Assembly: GCA_964552295.1 (NCBI GenBank)
Contig: CAZKFV010000101.1
Coordinates: forward strand, 2,401-66,400
Direction: 5' to 3'
DNA: 64,000 nucleotides
Source: an uncultured Thermotogae bacterium
GTDB lineage: Bacteria; Bipolaricaulota; Bipolaricaulia; UBA7950; UBA9294
Shown here: positions 28,259 to 38,575 of the stretch, piece by piece
Position numbering within the stretch: the first letter of the stretch is position 1
Layout: the number at the start of each line of letters is the position of its first letter
The notes under the pieces: model-generated
Told to the model about the DNA's origin: nothing
Databases searched by the model: none
The model's input: only the letters and a program-made list of their open reading frames with translations
Made by a program: the position numbers and the translations under genes

Positions 28259-28894
28259 TCAAGCTGCGTCTATCCGCTCCATTAGACGTTTAGTTAGAAC
28301 AGATACTCGTTGACTCGGCTTTTTCGGAAGCACTTCAACTTCTTTCTCAAGCTCCGCTAAACTCACTGCCTTGCCAATTAATATAGTCACTCGCGGAAAG
28401 CCAAACGGATAGCGGGGCGGATAGGGTCCTTCACTTTTAAGCTGCACGGGAAGAATAAGCTTTCGAGTACGCCTGGCAAAGTGTAACACGCCTGGCTTAG
28501 CATCCCCTTCCAGCCTGGTTGTTCCCTCTGGAAAGATTCCCACAAGTCTTTCTTTTCTCATCATGTCCAGAACACGCCGTAAATCGCTCTTACTAAAGTC
28601 TTCCCGATTAATGGTCGTGGAAAAGAGCCTTAGCAATGGGCGAAAAATGAGGTTTCTTTCCAGCCCTTTTCGAGCAACAAAATGGATCCGCTTACCGATA
28701 CCAAAAGCTACAGCCAAAAGAGGAATGTCCCAGTAGCTACGATGACGAGCTACGACAATGTACTCTTTTCCTGCCTCGATCATCTCTCTTCCCTGCACTC
28801 GCACCTTAAATAGAGCTCGAGCAGGAATAAAAACAAGAAAAACCACTAAAGCATAAACACAATTTCTAAAGAGATCATTAAGCCGCTTCGTCAC
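28259..28894 (-). CDS. plsC: 1-acyl-sn-glycerol-3-phosphate acyltransferase
   Basis: HX4D motif (HRSYWDIP) and the FPEGTT block. Confidence 0.8.
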   Translation of the reverse strand: MTKRLNDLFRNCVYALVVFLVFIPARALFKVRVQGREMIEAGKEYIVVARHRSYWDIPLLAVAFGIGKRIHFVARKGLERNLIFRPLLRLFSTTINREDFSKSDLRRVLDMMRKERLVGIFPEGTTRLEGDAKPGVLHFARRTRKLILPVQLKSEGPYPPRYPFGFPRVTILIGKAVSLAELEKEVEVLPKKPSQRVSVLTKRLMERIDAA

Positions 28895-29504
28895 CAGTAT
28901 GGAACCGCTCCTCGACCAGAGCTATCGCCAGCGAAGTAACCTCGGCGAGGCTCTTATTGTCCGTACGAATTATAGTTGCATCGAATGCAGGGTTCAAGGG
29001 TGCAATAGTACGAGTTTGGTCGCGTGTATCACGCTCGATTATCTCCTCCAATATCCCGCCTGAGTTCATCTCGTGACGCTGTCTTGCTCGCCGCCCGGCC
29101 CGTTCCTCTGCTGATGCCTCCAGGAATATCTTCACATCCGCGTGTGGCAAGACAACCGTCCCGATATCCCGTCCTTCCATGACAACGTCCCTGTTTGCAG
29201 CGATCTCCCGTTGTAGTGAAACCAGAAGATCACGCACCTCCGGCCTCGTGGCGACACGGGATGACGCCTGGTCAAGCCGCGGAGTGTGAAGGATATCATT
29301 GACATCTTCCCCGTTCAGAAGAATCCGGCCATCTTTGCCCATCGTGATCTTCATATTCCTCAAGGAAAGCCCACGTTCCAGCCCCAGCGCCACGGCACGA
29401 TACATCTTTCCGGTCTCTACAAGCAAAAAACCGAACCGCTGAGCGATTGCCTGGCTCACCGATGTCTTACCGGATGCGGCGGGACCGTCTATCGCAATTT
29501 GCAT
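28878..29504 (-). CDS. cmk: cytidylate kinase
   Basis: MQIAIDGPAASGKTSVSQ at ATG 29502-29504, directly after the ispE stop. The ORF-track extension to 29573 overlaps ispE and is unlikely. Confidence 0.9.
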   Translation of the reverse strand: MQIAIDGPAASGKTSVSQAIAQRFGFLLVETGKMYRAVALGLERGLSLRNMKITMGKDGRILLNGEDVNDILHTPRLDQASSRVATRPEVRDLLVSLQREIAANRDVVMEGRDIGTVVLPHADVKIFLEASAEERAGRRARQRHEMNSGGILEEIIERDTRDQTRTIAPLNPAFDATIIRTDNKSLAEVTSLAIALVEERFHTGDEAA

Positions 29505-29506
29505 AG

Positions 29507-30340
29507 CTATTCTCCCCTCGCAGCAAATCCCATACCGACTCCCTGGCTCAAAAATACTCTCGCTTGAGGACACTGCCCTTCCAGATTCTTATGTGCTAAT
29601 GCCGCCTTATCTCCATCGTCAAATGCTGCATAAAAAGCTGATCCACTCCCACTCATCCCTCCGTATGCCCCGCCAATGTCAGCAACTGCTTCTCCATAAC
29701 GTTTTAATTGAGGGTACAGTTGCAGCGCTGCTCCGTACAGATCGTTATTTCCAAATGGCTGCTTTCCAGCATTGTCTATCTCAGCCGGATATTTCAATTG
29801 CACTCTGCTGTAAACCTGCCCTGTATTACAGTTTATAGGAGGTACAATAACCACAAACCACTCCCGGCGACATGGAAACACCGCATCAACCTCTTCCCCT
29901 CTGCCCTTAACACGGACACGCCCCCCGCAAAGGAACAGAGGGACATCCGAACCCAGACAACCAGCAAGTCGCAACAGCTGGTTACCGGGAATGACTGGCG
30001 GAGTAAGAATGTTTACCGCCCACAGAACTGCAGCTGCGTCACTCGATCCACCACCCAATCCCGCACCGGTCGGTATGGATTTGTGTACACAGATGCGCAT
30101 CCCCCTCTGCGAGCGCTTCTCATCAAGCAATAGGCGAGCGGCTAGCCAGCTAAGATCCTCCCGAGGAGCTATCCCCAGATCGTTCTCTACCACCAGTGAA
30201 TCCTCTGTTGCATCTACGGTTATCTCGTCAGCTAAATCAATATTCTGGACCATTGACTCGATCTGGTGAAACCCGTCTTGACGTTTGCCAAGTACACTTA
30301 ATGAAAGATTTAGTTTGGCATAGGCAAGAAGGCGGATCAT
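29507..30340 (-). CDS. ispE: 4-diphosphocytidyl-2-C-methyl-D-erythritol kinase
   Basis: AKLNLSLSVLGKRQDGFHQIES and the GHMP-kinase motif IPTGAGLGGGSSDAAA. Confidence 0.88.
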   Translation of the reverse strand: MIRLLAYAKLNLSLSVLGKRQDGFHQIESMVQNIDLADEITVDATEDSLVVENDLGIAPREDLSWLAARLLLDEKRSQRGMRICVHKSIPTGAGLGGGSSDAAAVLWAVNILTPPVIPGNQLLRLAGCLGSDVPLFLCGGRVRVKGRGEEVDAVFPCRREWFVVIVPPINCNTGQVYSRVQLKYPAEIDNAGKQPFGNNDLYGAALQLYPQLKRYGEAVADIGGAYGGMSGSGSAFYAAFDDGDKAALAHKNLEGQCPQARVFLSQGVGMGFAARGE

Positions 30341-30345
30341 AACCC

Positions 30346-31656
30346 CTAGTGCGCTCCTAGCCCAGCCGAGCTTCCTCCAACAAGCATCCTTCTACTCCCT
30401 TGGTGCTTACCGTTCGCGGCCAGGCCGTGTACATCCGTGCCATTCCACGCTGTGTCGAAGGCGATTTCACCATTGCAAATTACCATACGAACAGGATTAT
30501 ATCCGAAGAAGTAAGGTATCTGTCGGTAGTTCTCGAGGTCAAGAAGTATCAGGTCGGCTCGTTTGCCTTCCTCAATTGACCCCACATCACTTGACAAATC
30601 AAGCGCTGCGGCCGCGTTCAATGTTGAAGCAGTAAGCGCTTCCTCAATGGTGAGCCCCATCTTCATCACAGCTAGAGCGATGATCACCCACATTGAGTAT
30701 ATAAGGCAAGTCCCAGGATTAAAGTCAGTAGCAAGCGCAATAGGAAGATCAAGATTGATCATTTTTCTTGCTGGAGCATAGTCAGATCCAAGCGTAAATG
30801 CCGTGCCGGGAAGAAGAACGGGTATCACGCCCGCTTCTCGCAGGCGCTGCATCCCGTGCTCGTTGGTGCGCAACAAGTGATCGGCCGATGTTGCTTGTAA
30901 ATCGGCGGCAAGTTCAGCTCCTCCAACATCTGCAAGCTCATCGGCGTGCAGCTTCAATCGCAGTCCAGCCCCTTGGGCAGCACGTAAGATGGTCCGAGTT
31001 TCATCCAAGCTAAAGAAGCCCTGATCACAGAAGACGTCACAAAACTGCGCCAATCTACGGCGACGCACAGCAGGTATCATCTCAGTAATGATCGTAGATA
31101 TGTAATCATCACGTCTCACTCCCTCTGGAAATGCATGAGCCCCTAAGAAAGTTGGGATCACCCTCATGGGGGCAGATTTACGCAAGCTTCTTATCGCTAG
31201 AAGTAGTTTCGTTTCTCCCTCTAGGCTCAACCCGTAACCGCTCTTGATCTCCACAGTGGTTGTTCCGCTTTCTAGCATCAGTTGAAGCCGCGGGAGTGTT
31301 CCTTGTACTAGATCTTTTTCGCTTGCCGCAACCACGGCCCGCGCTGTTGACTGAATTCCTCCCTCATCATAAGGCTTGCCTTGCAAGCGCGCTAGGAATT
31401 CATCTTCCCGTGTGCCTGCAAACACAGCATGTGTATGCGGATCTACCAGTCCGGGCAGAACTATGGCTTCATTTGCATCTATAACAAGATCCATCCCCCG
31501 ACTAGGTACGCTCTTGCAGATCTTGCTTATTACCCCGTCTTCAATAAAAATGGACACGTTCTCCTCAACAGAGATGTCCTTCATCAAGGAGCCACATACA
31601 GGCCCATCGCCACGTGGGGTGACAAGCTGGGATACATTAGTAATGAGAGTATTCAT
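30346..31656 (-). CDS. hutI: imidazolonepropionase
   Basis: LPGLVDPHTHAVFAG, KLHADE and ATDFNPG blocks are typical of HutI-type amidohydrolases. Confidence 0.85.
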   Translation of the reverse strand: MNTLITNVSQLVTPRGDGPVCGSLMKDISVEENVSIFIEDGVISKICKSVPSRGMDLVIDANEAIVLPGLVDPHTHAVFAGTREDEFLARLQGKPYDEGGIQSTARAVVAASEKDLVQGTLPRLQLMLESGTTTVEIKSGYGLSLEGETKLLLAIRSLRKSAPMRVIPTFLGAHAFPEGVRRDDYISTIITEMIPAVRRRRLAQFCDVFCDQGFFSLDETRTILRAAQGAGLRLKLHADELADVGGAELAADLQATSADHLLRTNEHGMQRLREAGVIPVLLPGTAFTLGSDYAPARKMINLDLPIALATDFNPGTCLIYSMWVIIALAVMKMGLTIEEALTASTLNAAAALDLSSDVGSIEEGKRADLILLDLENYRQIPYFFGYNPVRMVICNGEIAFDTAWNGTDVHGLAANGKHQGSRRMLVGGSSAGLGAH

Positions 31657-31774
31657 ATAATGTTTAGTATAGTTACAGCGTCGCCTCTTTACAATTGCGA
31701 TAGAAAAGCGTCAGCTCATGAATTGATCGGTGCGCGGATTGAGATAAGCTAGACTTCAGGGGAGATGTGAGCGA

Positions 31775-33268
31775 ATGATAGAACTCGACGGAAATGCACT
31801 TTCGCTTGACCAGGTTAGGCGTGTGACGTTCGATGGTGAACCGGTAGCGCTTACAGAAGCAGCAAGATTGCGCATTTGCACTGGGGCCCAGGTGGTGGAG
31901 AATGTTATCGCTGAGGACATGCCAGTATACGGTATAAACACAGGTTTCGGGTACTTAAGCACGCAACCGATAGCCCGTGATGACCTCGAGCAGCTGCAAA
32001 CAAACGTGATACTATCACATGCCGTGGGGGTGGGTGAACCTGCGCCGGAAGAGGCAGTGAGAGCGATGCTTCTGTTCCGCATAAACTCCTTGGCTAAGGG
32101 AAAGTCCGGAATCCGCGAGACAACCATCGATTACCTTGCCGATCTTCTAAACAATCATGTACACCCAATCGTACCCATGCAGGGTTCAGTTGGATCATCA
32201 GGCGACTTGGCTCCACTGGCCCACCTTGCCCTGGTTCTCCTCGGAGAGGGGGAAGCTATATACAAGGCAACGCGCATCGATGGGAAGAGAGCCCTTGAGA
32301 TAATCGGCCGCGAGCCGATTTCTCTTGCTCCAAAGGAGGGGCTGGCGCTCCTGAATGGAACCCAGTTTATGAGTAGTCTTTCCTTTCTGGCATATACAAG
32401 AGGAAGCTTATTGCTGGACAATGCAGTTGGGGCTGCGGCTCTGGCCCTAGAAGCCCTGCGCGGATTCAGTGCCCCATTTAACGCAGTTCTACACACAAAT
32501 CGCCCCCATCCTGGTCAGGTGTTGATCGCCAAGAAAATGAGAGAACTCATCCAGGGAAGCAGGCTTATCGATAGCACCAAAGACGATGTTCAGGACGCCT
32601 ACAGCCTGCGCTGCATCCCCCAGGTACTGGGGCCAGCGGTGGAGGCTCTGTCTTTCCTGAGTGAAAAACTGAAGATTGAGATCAACTCAGCAACTGATAA
32701 CCCGCTTGTCTTCGCCGACGGCTCCGTGCTATCTGGGGGAAACTTCCACGGAGAGATCCTGGGCCTAGCACTGGAGATGACAGGAATGGCCCTGGCTGAA
32801 GTTGGAAACATCACCGAGCGACAGATCGATCGTTTACTAACAAGCACCAATAGAGGGTTACCACTCTTTCTAGTAAAAGAAGGAGGACTAAACTCCGGGC
32901 TTATGCTAACGCAGTACACAGCCGCAGCTCTAGTAAGCGAAAATAAGATTCTCTGCCATCCAGCGCTTGTTGACTCCATTCCTACCTCTGCTGGCAAGGA
33001 AGATCACAACAGCTTAGCGACGATCTCAGGGCGCAAAGTGCTTCGAATATTGGAGAATCTAGAGAGAATAATAGGGATTGGGTACCTCTGCGCAGCCCAA
33101 GCCATCGACTTCCAAGGCGAAGACAAGCTTGCACCAGCAACTAGAAGAATTTACTCTCGGGTACGCGAGATAATGCCTCATATCGATCGGGACACCTACA
33201 TTGCCCCAAAAATAGAGCAATTGGCTAGATCAGTACACTCGGGGGATCTAATAGATGACAACGCATAG
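31775..33268 (+). CDS. hutH: histidine ammonia-lyase
   Basis: YGINTGFG, the MIO region GSVGSSGDLAPLAHL, and the SLRCIPQVLG and TDNPL blocks. Confidence 0.9.
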   Translation: MIELDGNALSLDQVRRVTFDGEPVALTEAARLRICTGAQVVENVIAEDMPVYGINTGFGYLSTQPIARDDLEQLQTNVILSHAVGVGEPAPEEAVRAMLLFRINSLAKGKSGIRETTIDYLADLLNNHVHPIVPMQGSVGSSGDLAPLAHLALVLLGEGEAIYKATRIDGKRALEIIGREPISLAPKEGLALLNGTQFMSSLSFLAYTRGSLLLDNAVGAAALALEALRGFSAPFNAVLHTNRPHPGQVLIAKKMRELIQGSRLIDSTKDDVQDAYSLRCIPQVLGPAVEALSFLSEKLKIEINSATDNPLVFADGSVLSGGNFHGEILGLALEMTGMALAEVGNITERQIDRLLTSTNRGLPLFLVKEGGLNSGLMLTQYTAAALVSENKILCHPALVDSIPTSAGKEDHNSLATISGRKVLRILENLERIIGIGYLCAAQAIDFQGEDKLAPATRRIYSRVREIMPHIDRDTYIAPKIEQLARSVHSGDLIDDNA

Positions 33269-34142
33269 ATCAGGTATCGTAGGTATTCTTGGCCAGACCA
33301 ACGTCGGGAAGTCAACTTTCCTTAACACGATAATGGGCCAGAAACTTCTGATCACATCCTCTAAGCCCCAAACAACCCGCAACCGAGTCCGCTGCGTTTA
33401 TACCACTTGCCAAGAGCAGATAGTATTCGTGGACACCCCTGGTCTGCACCGAGCACACAACCAGCTAAGCCGCCATATTCTCCGCGAGGCATTTCGGTCT
33501 CTGCGTGAGTTGAATATAATTGTGTACATGGTCGCCCCTTGGGGAAAAGTCAGCGCATATGATCGTACTATCTTGGAAAGGTTGGATCCCAAAGAACGGC
33601 CGATTATCCTGCTTGCTAACAAGATGGACACAGCTCGCGGAAATGCTCTTGAAGAAACGCTTTTAGCCTATGAGGCAACTGGGGTTTTTCGGGAACTTGT
33701 ACCCATTTCTTCCACTCAACGAACTAACATCGACGAGGCCATAAATACCATTGTGCCTTACCTGCCCGAAGGGCCAGCCATTTTTCCGCCCGACGTGAGG
33801 ATAGATCGTCCTTTGGAGTTTCTTGTCGCTGAGCTAGTTCGGGAGAAAGTGTTTGCTGTTACTTTCAAGGAGGTACCTTACAAGACAGCGGTACAGGTCA
33901 AATGGATCCGGAGGCGAGAAGATGGATTGGTTGAAATAAGGGCGGACATAATAGTTGACAGTAAGTCCCATAAAGGCATTATAATCGGAACACGTGGAAA
34001 GCTAATCAGAAAGATCGGAAGTGCAGCGCGCCCACAGATAGAAGCCCTTCTGGGAGCGCACATTTACCTAGAGCTAATTGTTAAGATAAGGCAAGGATGG
34101 ACAAAGGACAGCAGCGAGATCCAGGAACTGGCGGGATCGTGA
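33255..34142 (+). CDS. era: GTPase Era
   Basis: G1 GQTNVGKST, G3 DTPG, G4 NKMD, and the C-terminal KH domain (KGIIIGTRGKLIRKIG). Confidence 0.92.
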   Translation: MTTHRSGIVGILGQTNVGKSTFLNTIMGQKLLITSSKPQTTRNRVRCVYTTCQEQIVFVDTPGLHRAHNQLSRHILREAFRSLRELNIIVYMVAPWGKVSAYDRTILERLDPKERPIILLANKMDTARGNALEETLLAYEATGVFRELVPISSTQRTNIDEAINTIVPYLPEGPAIFPPDVRIDRPLEFLVAELVREKVFAVTFKEVPYKTAVQVKWIRRREDGLVEIRADIIVDSKSHKGIIIGTRGKLIRKIGSAARPQIEALLGAHIYLELIVKIRQGWTKDSSEIQELAGS

Positions 34143-34157
34143 GGCGAGGTATCGGAG

Positions 34158-36950
34158 ATGCTTACCGTGGTATCAGGAAGGATACTAGTTGTAGACGATG
34201 ATCCAAACTGGGGCCTCATCGTCAAAAAGCTCCTGAGCAACTACAGCGAAGTGGTTACAGTGGAAACCGGCGCCGGCGCGCTTGAGTCTATTGAGAAAGA
34301 ACATTTCGATATCGTAATGTTAGATATCGTGCTCCCCGATATCCTAGGAATTGACCTGATCCCCGCAATTCGCGCTCATCTCCCACATACCTCGATCTAT
34401 GTTGTTAGCGGCCACACAGATGATTACAGTGAGACTACCGCTTTTCAATCAGGTGCAGAGAGATACTTAGACAAGTCAGTTGAACCTCACGCGCTTAGCA
34501 AAATGGTCGAGAATACCCTTGAACAGCAAAGGCTCCTGAGATCATTGCGTACTGAACAAGAACGGTACGTACGATTAGTAGCAAACGCGCCAATCGGGGT
34601 ATTTACTCTAAACCCCAACAATTTGAAGTTAACATTTGTTAACAAATTCCTCCTCGACATTACAGGATACGACAACGAAGATTTGATCGGCCACTCCCCA
34701 AGGGAATTTGTTATCCCAGAACACGCTGATTTACTGGTCTCCCGCCTTGACGAACGTATCAAGGGCTCATTGATTGTCAACGGTGAGAGAACCGCTTATC
34801 GCTTCTTAAAGAAGGATGGCTCTACGGTAGATCTACAGGTAGAGACACACCTTGTAGAGGAGAGTGGAGAGCGTTTCCTGGAGGGCACGGCACGGGATGT
34901 CACAACAGAGGAACGAGTTGCTCGCTTGCAGAAGACCGTAATTGACCTAGGGCAGTCCATAGTCTCGTCAAGTAACATCGATCAGATGCTTCAGAGCGTG
35001 CTGGACGCAATAGTAGAACAGAGCGGATTTCAGCGCGCTGTAGCTTCTCTATACGACCTCTCTACCAAGAAACCAGAGCTAGGAGAAGTCTATAAGACCC
35101 TAGCTGCTGGCCTGAACAATGAAGAGATATCGAAGCTGCGCGCTGGCGGAACGTTAAGTGCCGCGCAAAGAAAGCTTGCGTTCCGCGAGGAGTTTCGCAT
35201 GGGGGATGCATACTATATTCCCCATGATAAGGTACCGTGGAGCACAGAGCTTGGGCTGAGCGGAAATGTATCGATCGAGGGGTGGGATCCTAATGACTAC
35301 CTGTTCATTCCCTTGCGGGCAGAAAGCGGGATCATCGGACATATATCCATAGACGATCCACTAGACCGTTCGGCTCCAACTTTACAGACGCTACAGCCGG
35401 TGGTAGCACTAGCTAACCTCGCTGCTCTGGCAGTAGAGCGAACGTACCGCTTCGCACAGCTTCAGAAACAGAAGCAAATCCTACATGGTCTAGCTCTATT
35501 CAGCCAGCAGCTGTCAAGCGCGCAAGACGTGGAACAAATGTGCACTCTAGCTGCTAATCGTTTAGAAGAAGACATGGGCTACGACTTCCTGGGCATATGG
35601 ATCTTAGAAGGAGAAGAACTCGTACTAACAAGCTTCGCCTCACAGGGAAGATACAACGGCAAACATGATCTTTACCCTGGCCTACGCATGCATATCAGCG
35701 GAAATGGCTTTGCTCGTTGGGCAATCAAGAAACGGCAGTCTATAATCGTGCCCGATGTAAGTAGCGAAGACAGGTATCTAAAATGGAGCGACTTAACACG
35801 TTCCGAGATCGACATCCCCATCATATCCTTGAGGGAAGCGCTGGGGGTAATTAGCGTTGAGTCAGCCTGTTTGGACGCTTTCGGTGTCCAAGATAAAGAG
35901 ATTATCACTTCCCTTGCTAATCAGCTATCGGTAGCAATCAGTAACCTTAAGCATCGGACGTTCTTATTCCAGATACATGATCTTGCCCACATGCTCGTTG
36001 GAGCAACCTCAATTGAAGAACTAATAAGCAGCACATTAGACTTCATAGGTGAGCAGTTTTCTATGCAACAAAGCATTATTCTTCTAAGAGAGGGAGATCA
36101 TCTGGTAGTGCGTGGGCTGCGTAATGCCGCAAGAAGATCCGGTGTTAGCGAGGGAAGCTACATTGAGCAAGGTGAAGGAATCGTTGGCTGGGTTATGGAG
36201 CACGGGATGCATGCTTTGGTTGATGACGTAAAGACTGATAAACGCTATGTTGAGGGGTTTTATGGAACGCGCTCCGAGCTGGCTGTCCCAGTAATGATAA
36301 GCGATAATGTTCTTGGAGTATTGAACATAGAGAGCCCCCGGGCAAGCTTCTTTGACGAAAAGGACAGACGTCTGCTGGCGGCAGCCGCGGCGCAGTTTGC
36401 GGTAGCCTTGTCCAATCTCAGTGCTCAATCCAAGTTGCGTGAACAGGCAGTTCGGGATCCCTTGACCCAGCTCTTTAACCGACACTACCTTAACGAAGTC
36501 ATCGATGGTGAACTCGATCGAGCTGATCGCTACTCCCGCGAGATAACTTTAATGATGATAGATATCAACGGATTCCGGCGGGTCAACAACACACTCGGAC
36601 ACCTGAAGGGCGACGAAGTCCTGCAAAAAGTAGCTCAGGTACTTACGCAAAGCGTACGCAGTTCCGACCGGGTTATTCGCTACGGTGGCGATGAATTCTT
36701 AATCTTCATGCCCGAAACGGTGGAGGAAGAAATGATAGTTGCTGCCAGATTAAAGAAAAAGGTTGAAGCTCTTCCCTCAAAGCTAGAACTGGGAAACCTG
36801 ACAATAGGGCTGTCTATCGGAACCTATACCCGCCACCCTGGTGATGAGCACTCAGTAGAGGAAATACTCGCTCTGGCAGATCGACTCATGTACGAGAACA
36901 AGAGGCAAAATTACTCGACGGAAATTCAGAACGATGAGTATCGTTATTAA
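34158..36950 (+). CDS. response-regulator receiver / PAS / multiple GAF-like / GGDEF diguanylate cyclase
   Basis: REC domain (ILVVDDDP...DIVMLDIVLPD). PAS domain (PIGVFTLN...). Long GAF-like middle region. GGDEF domain with RYGGDEF, and an RxxD I-site (RSSD) 5 residues upstream. Confidence 0.88.
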   Translation: MLTVVSGRILVVDDDPNWGLIVKKLLSNYSEVVTVETGAGALESIEKEHFDIVMLDIVLPDILGIDLIPAIRAHLPHTSIYVVSGHTDDYSETTAFQSGAERYLDKSVEPHALSKMVENTLEQQRLLRSLRTEQERYVRLVANAPIGVFTLNPNNLKLTFVNKFLLDITGYDNEDLIGHSPREFVIPEHADLLVSRLDERIKGSLIVNGERTAYRFLKKDGSTVDLQVETHLVEESGERFLEGTARDVTTEERVARLQKTVIDLGQSIVSSSNIDQMLQSVLDAIVEQSGFQRAVASLYDLSTKKPELGEVYKTLAAGLNNEEISKLRAGGTLSAAQRKLAFREEFRMGDAYYIPHDKVPWSTELGLSGNVSIEGWDPNDYLFIPLRAESGIIGHISIDDPLDRSAPTLQTLQPVVALANLAALAVERTYRFAQLQKQKQILHGLALFSQQLSSAQDVEQMCTLAANRLEEDMGYDFLGIWILEGEELVLTSFASQGRYNGKHDLYPGLRMHISGNGFARWAIKKRQSIIVPDVSSEDRYLKWSDLTRSEIDIPIISLREALGVISVESACLDAFGVQDKEIITSLANQLSVAISNLKHRTFLFQIHDLAHMLVGATSIEELISSTLDFIGEQFSMQQSIILLREGDHLVVRGLRNAARRSGVSEGSYIEQGEGIVGWVMEHGMHALVDDVKTDKRYVEGFYGTRSELAVPVMISDNVLGVLNIESPRASFFDEKDRRLLAAAAAQFAVALSNLSAQSKLREQAVRDPLTQLFNRHYLNEVIDGELDRADRYSREITLMMIDINGFRRVNNTLGHLKGDEVLQKVAQVLTQSVRSSDRVIRYGGDEFLIFMPETVEEEMIVAARLKKKVEALPSKLELGNLTIGLSIGTYTRHPGDEHSVEEILALADRLMYENKRQNYSTEIQNDEYRY

Positions 36951-37797
36951 GCCCCTAAGTACACCAAAGGAATTCTTGGCTTGTCAGGAGCTTCAAGCCG
37001 ATTCATGTGATGGCTTGCCTTTCCTTACCGTTCAAGCACTGGTTGCCGTGAAACAGGGTAACGGATTGATCCTTGGAGCAACTGATGATCGGGAAGAAAT
37101 GCAAGGGGCAATTATCGATGTGGCCTGGGAGGACCGGAAGCTGCCTTCCTTGTTCACCGCCTTCCGCGCTGTGCGTGCGGGCAAGAGAAACATGGGAATC
37201 GGCACGAAGCTGAGGTACCACGAGCGGGACTTAGCAGTTGAACGAGGAACATTGCTTGCCAGATGGCCAATAGACCCCTTGCGTGGACTGGAATCACATG
37301 TGGCGTTCAACAAACTTGGCGCTATAGCTGTCGGATACGAGCGTGACGTGTACGGAGAGCTGCACGATTCCAGAAATGATGGTCTGGCCACCGATCGTCT
37401 TATTGTGGAGTGGTGGCTTACTTCTCCGCGAGTCCAGGCCGTAGTAGACAGTCAACATCTTCCCTATCACTTTCATCTAGGCCTTGATAAGATGGAGGTG
37501 GCAACGCGTACCGTGCTAACCGATGATGGATATAGACGGTTGGTCAAGTTTGATGATTACGTGTGTAATGGCATAACAAGAAGCTCAGCAGTTCTCGTTG
37601 AAATTCCAGCAAAGCTCGACAGCGTTCGATCGGACAATCTAGGCTTGGCTCGAGATTGGCGTCTGAAGACACGCGATATCTTTGAGCGAATGTTCAGTGC
37701 AGGTTACATGATTACAGGGCTTGTACACGAGGGCGGACGCAGCTTCCAGCTATGCGAAAGAGAAAGCAAATCAACTATTTTAGAGCGGTCTAGCTGA
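36934..37797 (+). CDS. uncharacterised protein, probably GNAT-fold (COG3375-like)
   Basis: The gene overlaps the GGDEF gene by 17 nt. The block RGLESHVAFNKLGAIAVGYERDVYGE...DRLIVEWWL recalls predicted GNAT-superfamily proteins. This assignment is from memory only. Confidence 0.45.
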   Translation: MSIVIKPLSTPKEFLACQELQADSCDGLPFLTVQALVAVKQGNGLILGATDDREEMQGAIIDVAWEDRKLPSLFTAFRAVRAGKRNMGIGTKLRYHERDLAVERGTLLARWPIDPLRGLESHVAFNKLGAIAVGYERDVYGELHDSRNDGLATDRLIVEWWLTSPRVQAVVDSQHLPYHFHLGLDKMEVATRTVLTDDGYRRLVKFDDYVCNGITRSSAVLVEIPAKLDSVRSDNLGLARDWRLKTRDIFERMFSAGYMITGLVHEGGRSFQLCERESKSTILERSS

Positions 37798-37902
37798 ACC
37801 TCGGGCGGCAAATGCAGATAACAGACGATAGCAAGAAAAAGCTGTATCATGCGTGGTAAGGAACAATTTCTGCCTCGATAAAGCATTACTATAGGAGGAA
37901 CA

Positions 37903-38574
37903 ATGAACAAGAGAGAATTATCAAGAATAATAGATCACACGCTCCTAGGGCCAACTGCTTCCATTGACGGGGTAAGAAAACTGTGCGCGGAAGCCAAAGA
38001 ATACGGATTTGCATCGGTATGTGTGAACCCGTTTTATGCCCTCTTGGCCAGCGAGCTTCTCGAAGGAAGTACGTCAAAAGTATGTGTTGTTATAGGGTTT
38101 CCTCATGGTATGTCAACAAGCGCGGTCAAAGGCTATGAAGCCGAGAAAGCAATCGCGGACGGAGCACAAGAGCTAGATATGGTGATCAATGTAGCAGCTT
38201 TGAAAGCAGGGGAATACCTTACTGTATCAGAAGATATACGCACGGTGTGCATAGCTGCCACCAAGGCTCCTAGAGAAGTGCTAGTCAAAGTAATACTGGA
38301 GACGGCCCTTCTTACCGATAATGAAAAGCGCGCGGGAGCAATACTTGCCAAATCAGCTGGAGCAGCCTTTGTGAAGACTTCAACAGGCTTTTCCTCGGGT
38401 GGAGCAACGGTTGACGATGTCGCGCTCCTGAGGGAAACGATAGGACCACACATGGGATTGAAAGCAGCCGGCGGAATCCATACGCACCAAGAAGCCTTGG
38501 CGATGGTCAGCGCTGGAGCCACAAGGATAGGTGCTAGCCACAGCGTAGAGATTATAGAAGGCGCTTCGGATTAG
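37903..38574 (+). CDS. deoC: deoxyribose-phosphate aldolase
   Basis: IDHTLLGP, SVCVNP, VIGFPHG and FVKTSTGF (Schiff-base Lys) blocks. Confidence 0.9.
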   Translation: MNKRELSRIIDHTLLGPTASIDGVRKLCAEAKEYGFASVCVNPFYALLASELLEGSTSKVCVVIGFPHGMSTSAVKGYEAEKAIADGAQELDMVINVAALKAGEYLTVSEDIRTVCIAATKAPREVLVKVILETALLTDNEKRAGAILAKSAGAAFVKTSTGFSSGGATVDDVALLRETIGPHMGLKAAGGIHTHQEALAMVSAGATRIGASHSVEIIEGASD

Positions 38575-38575
38575 A

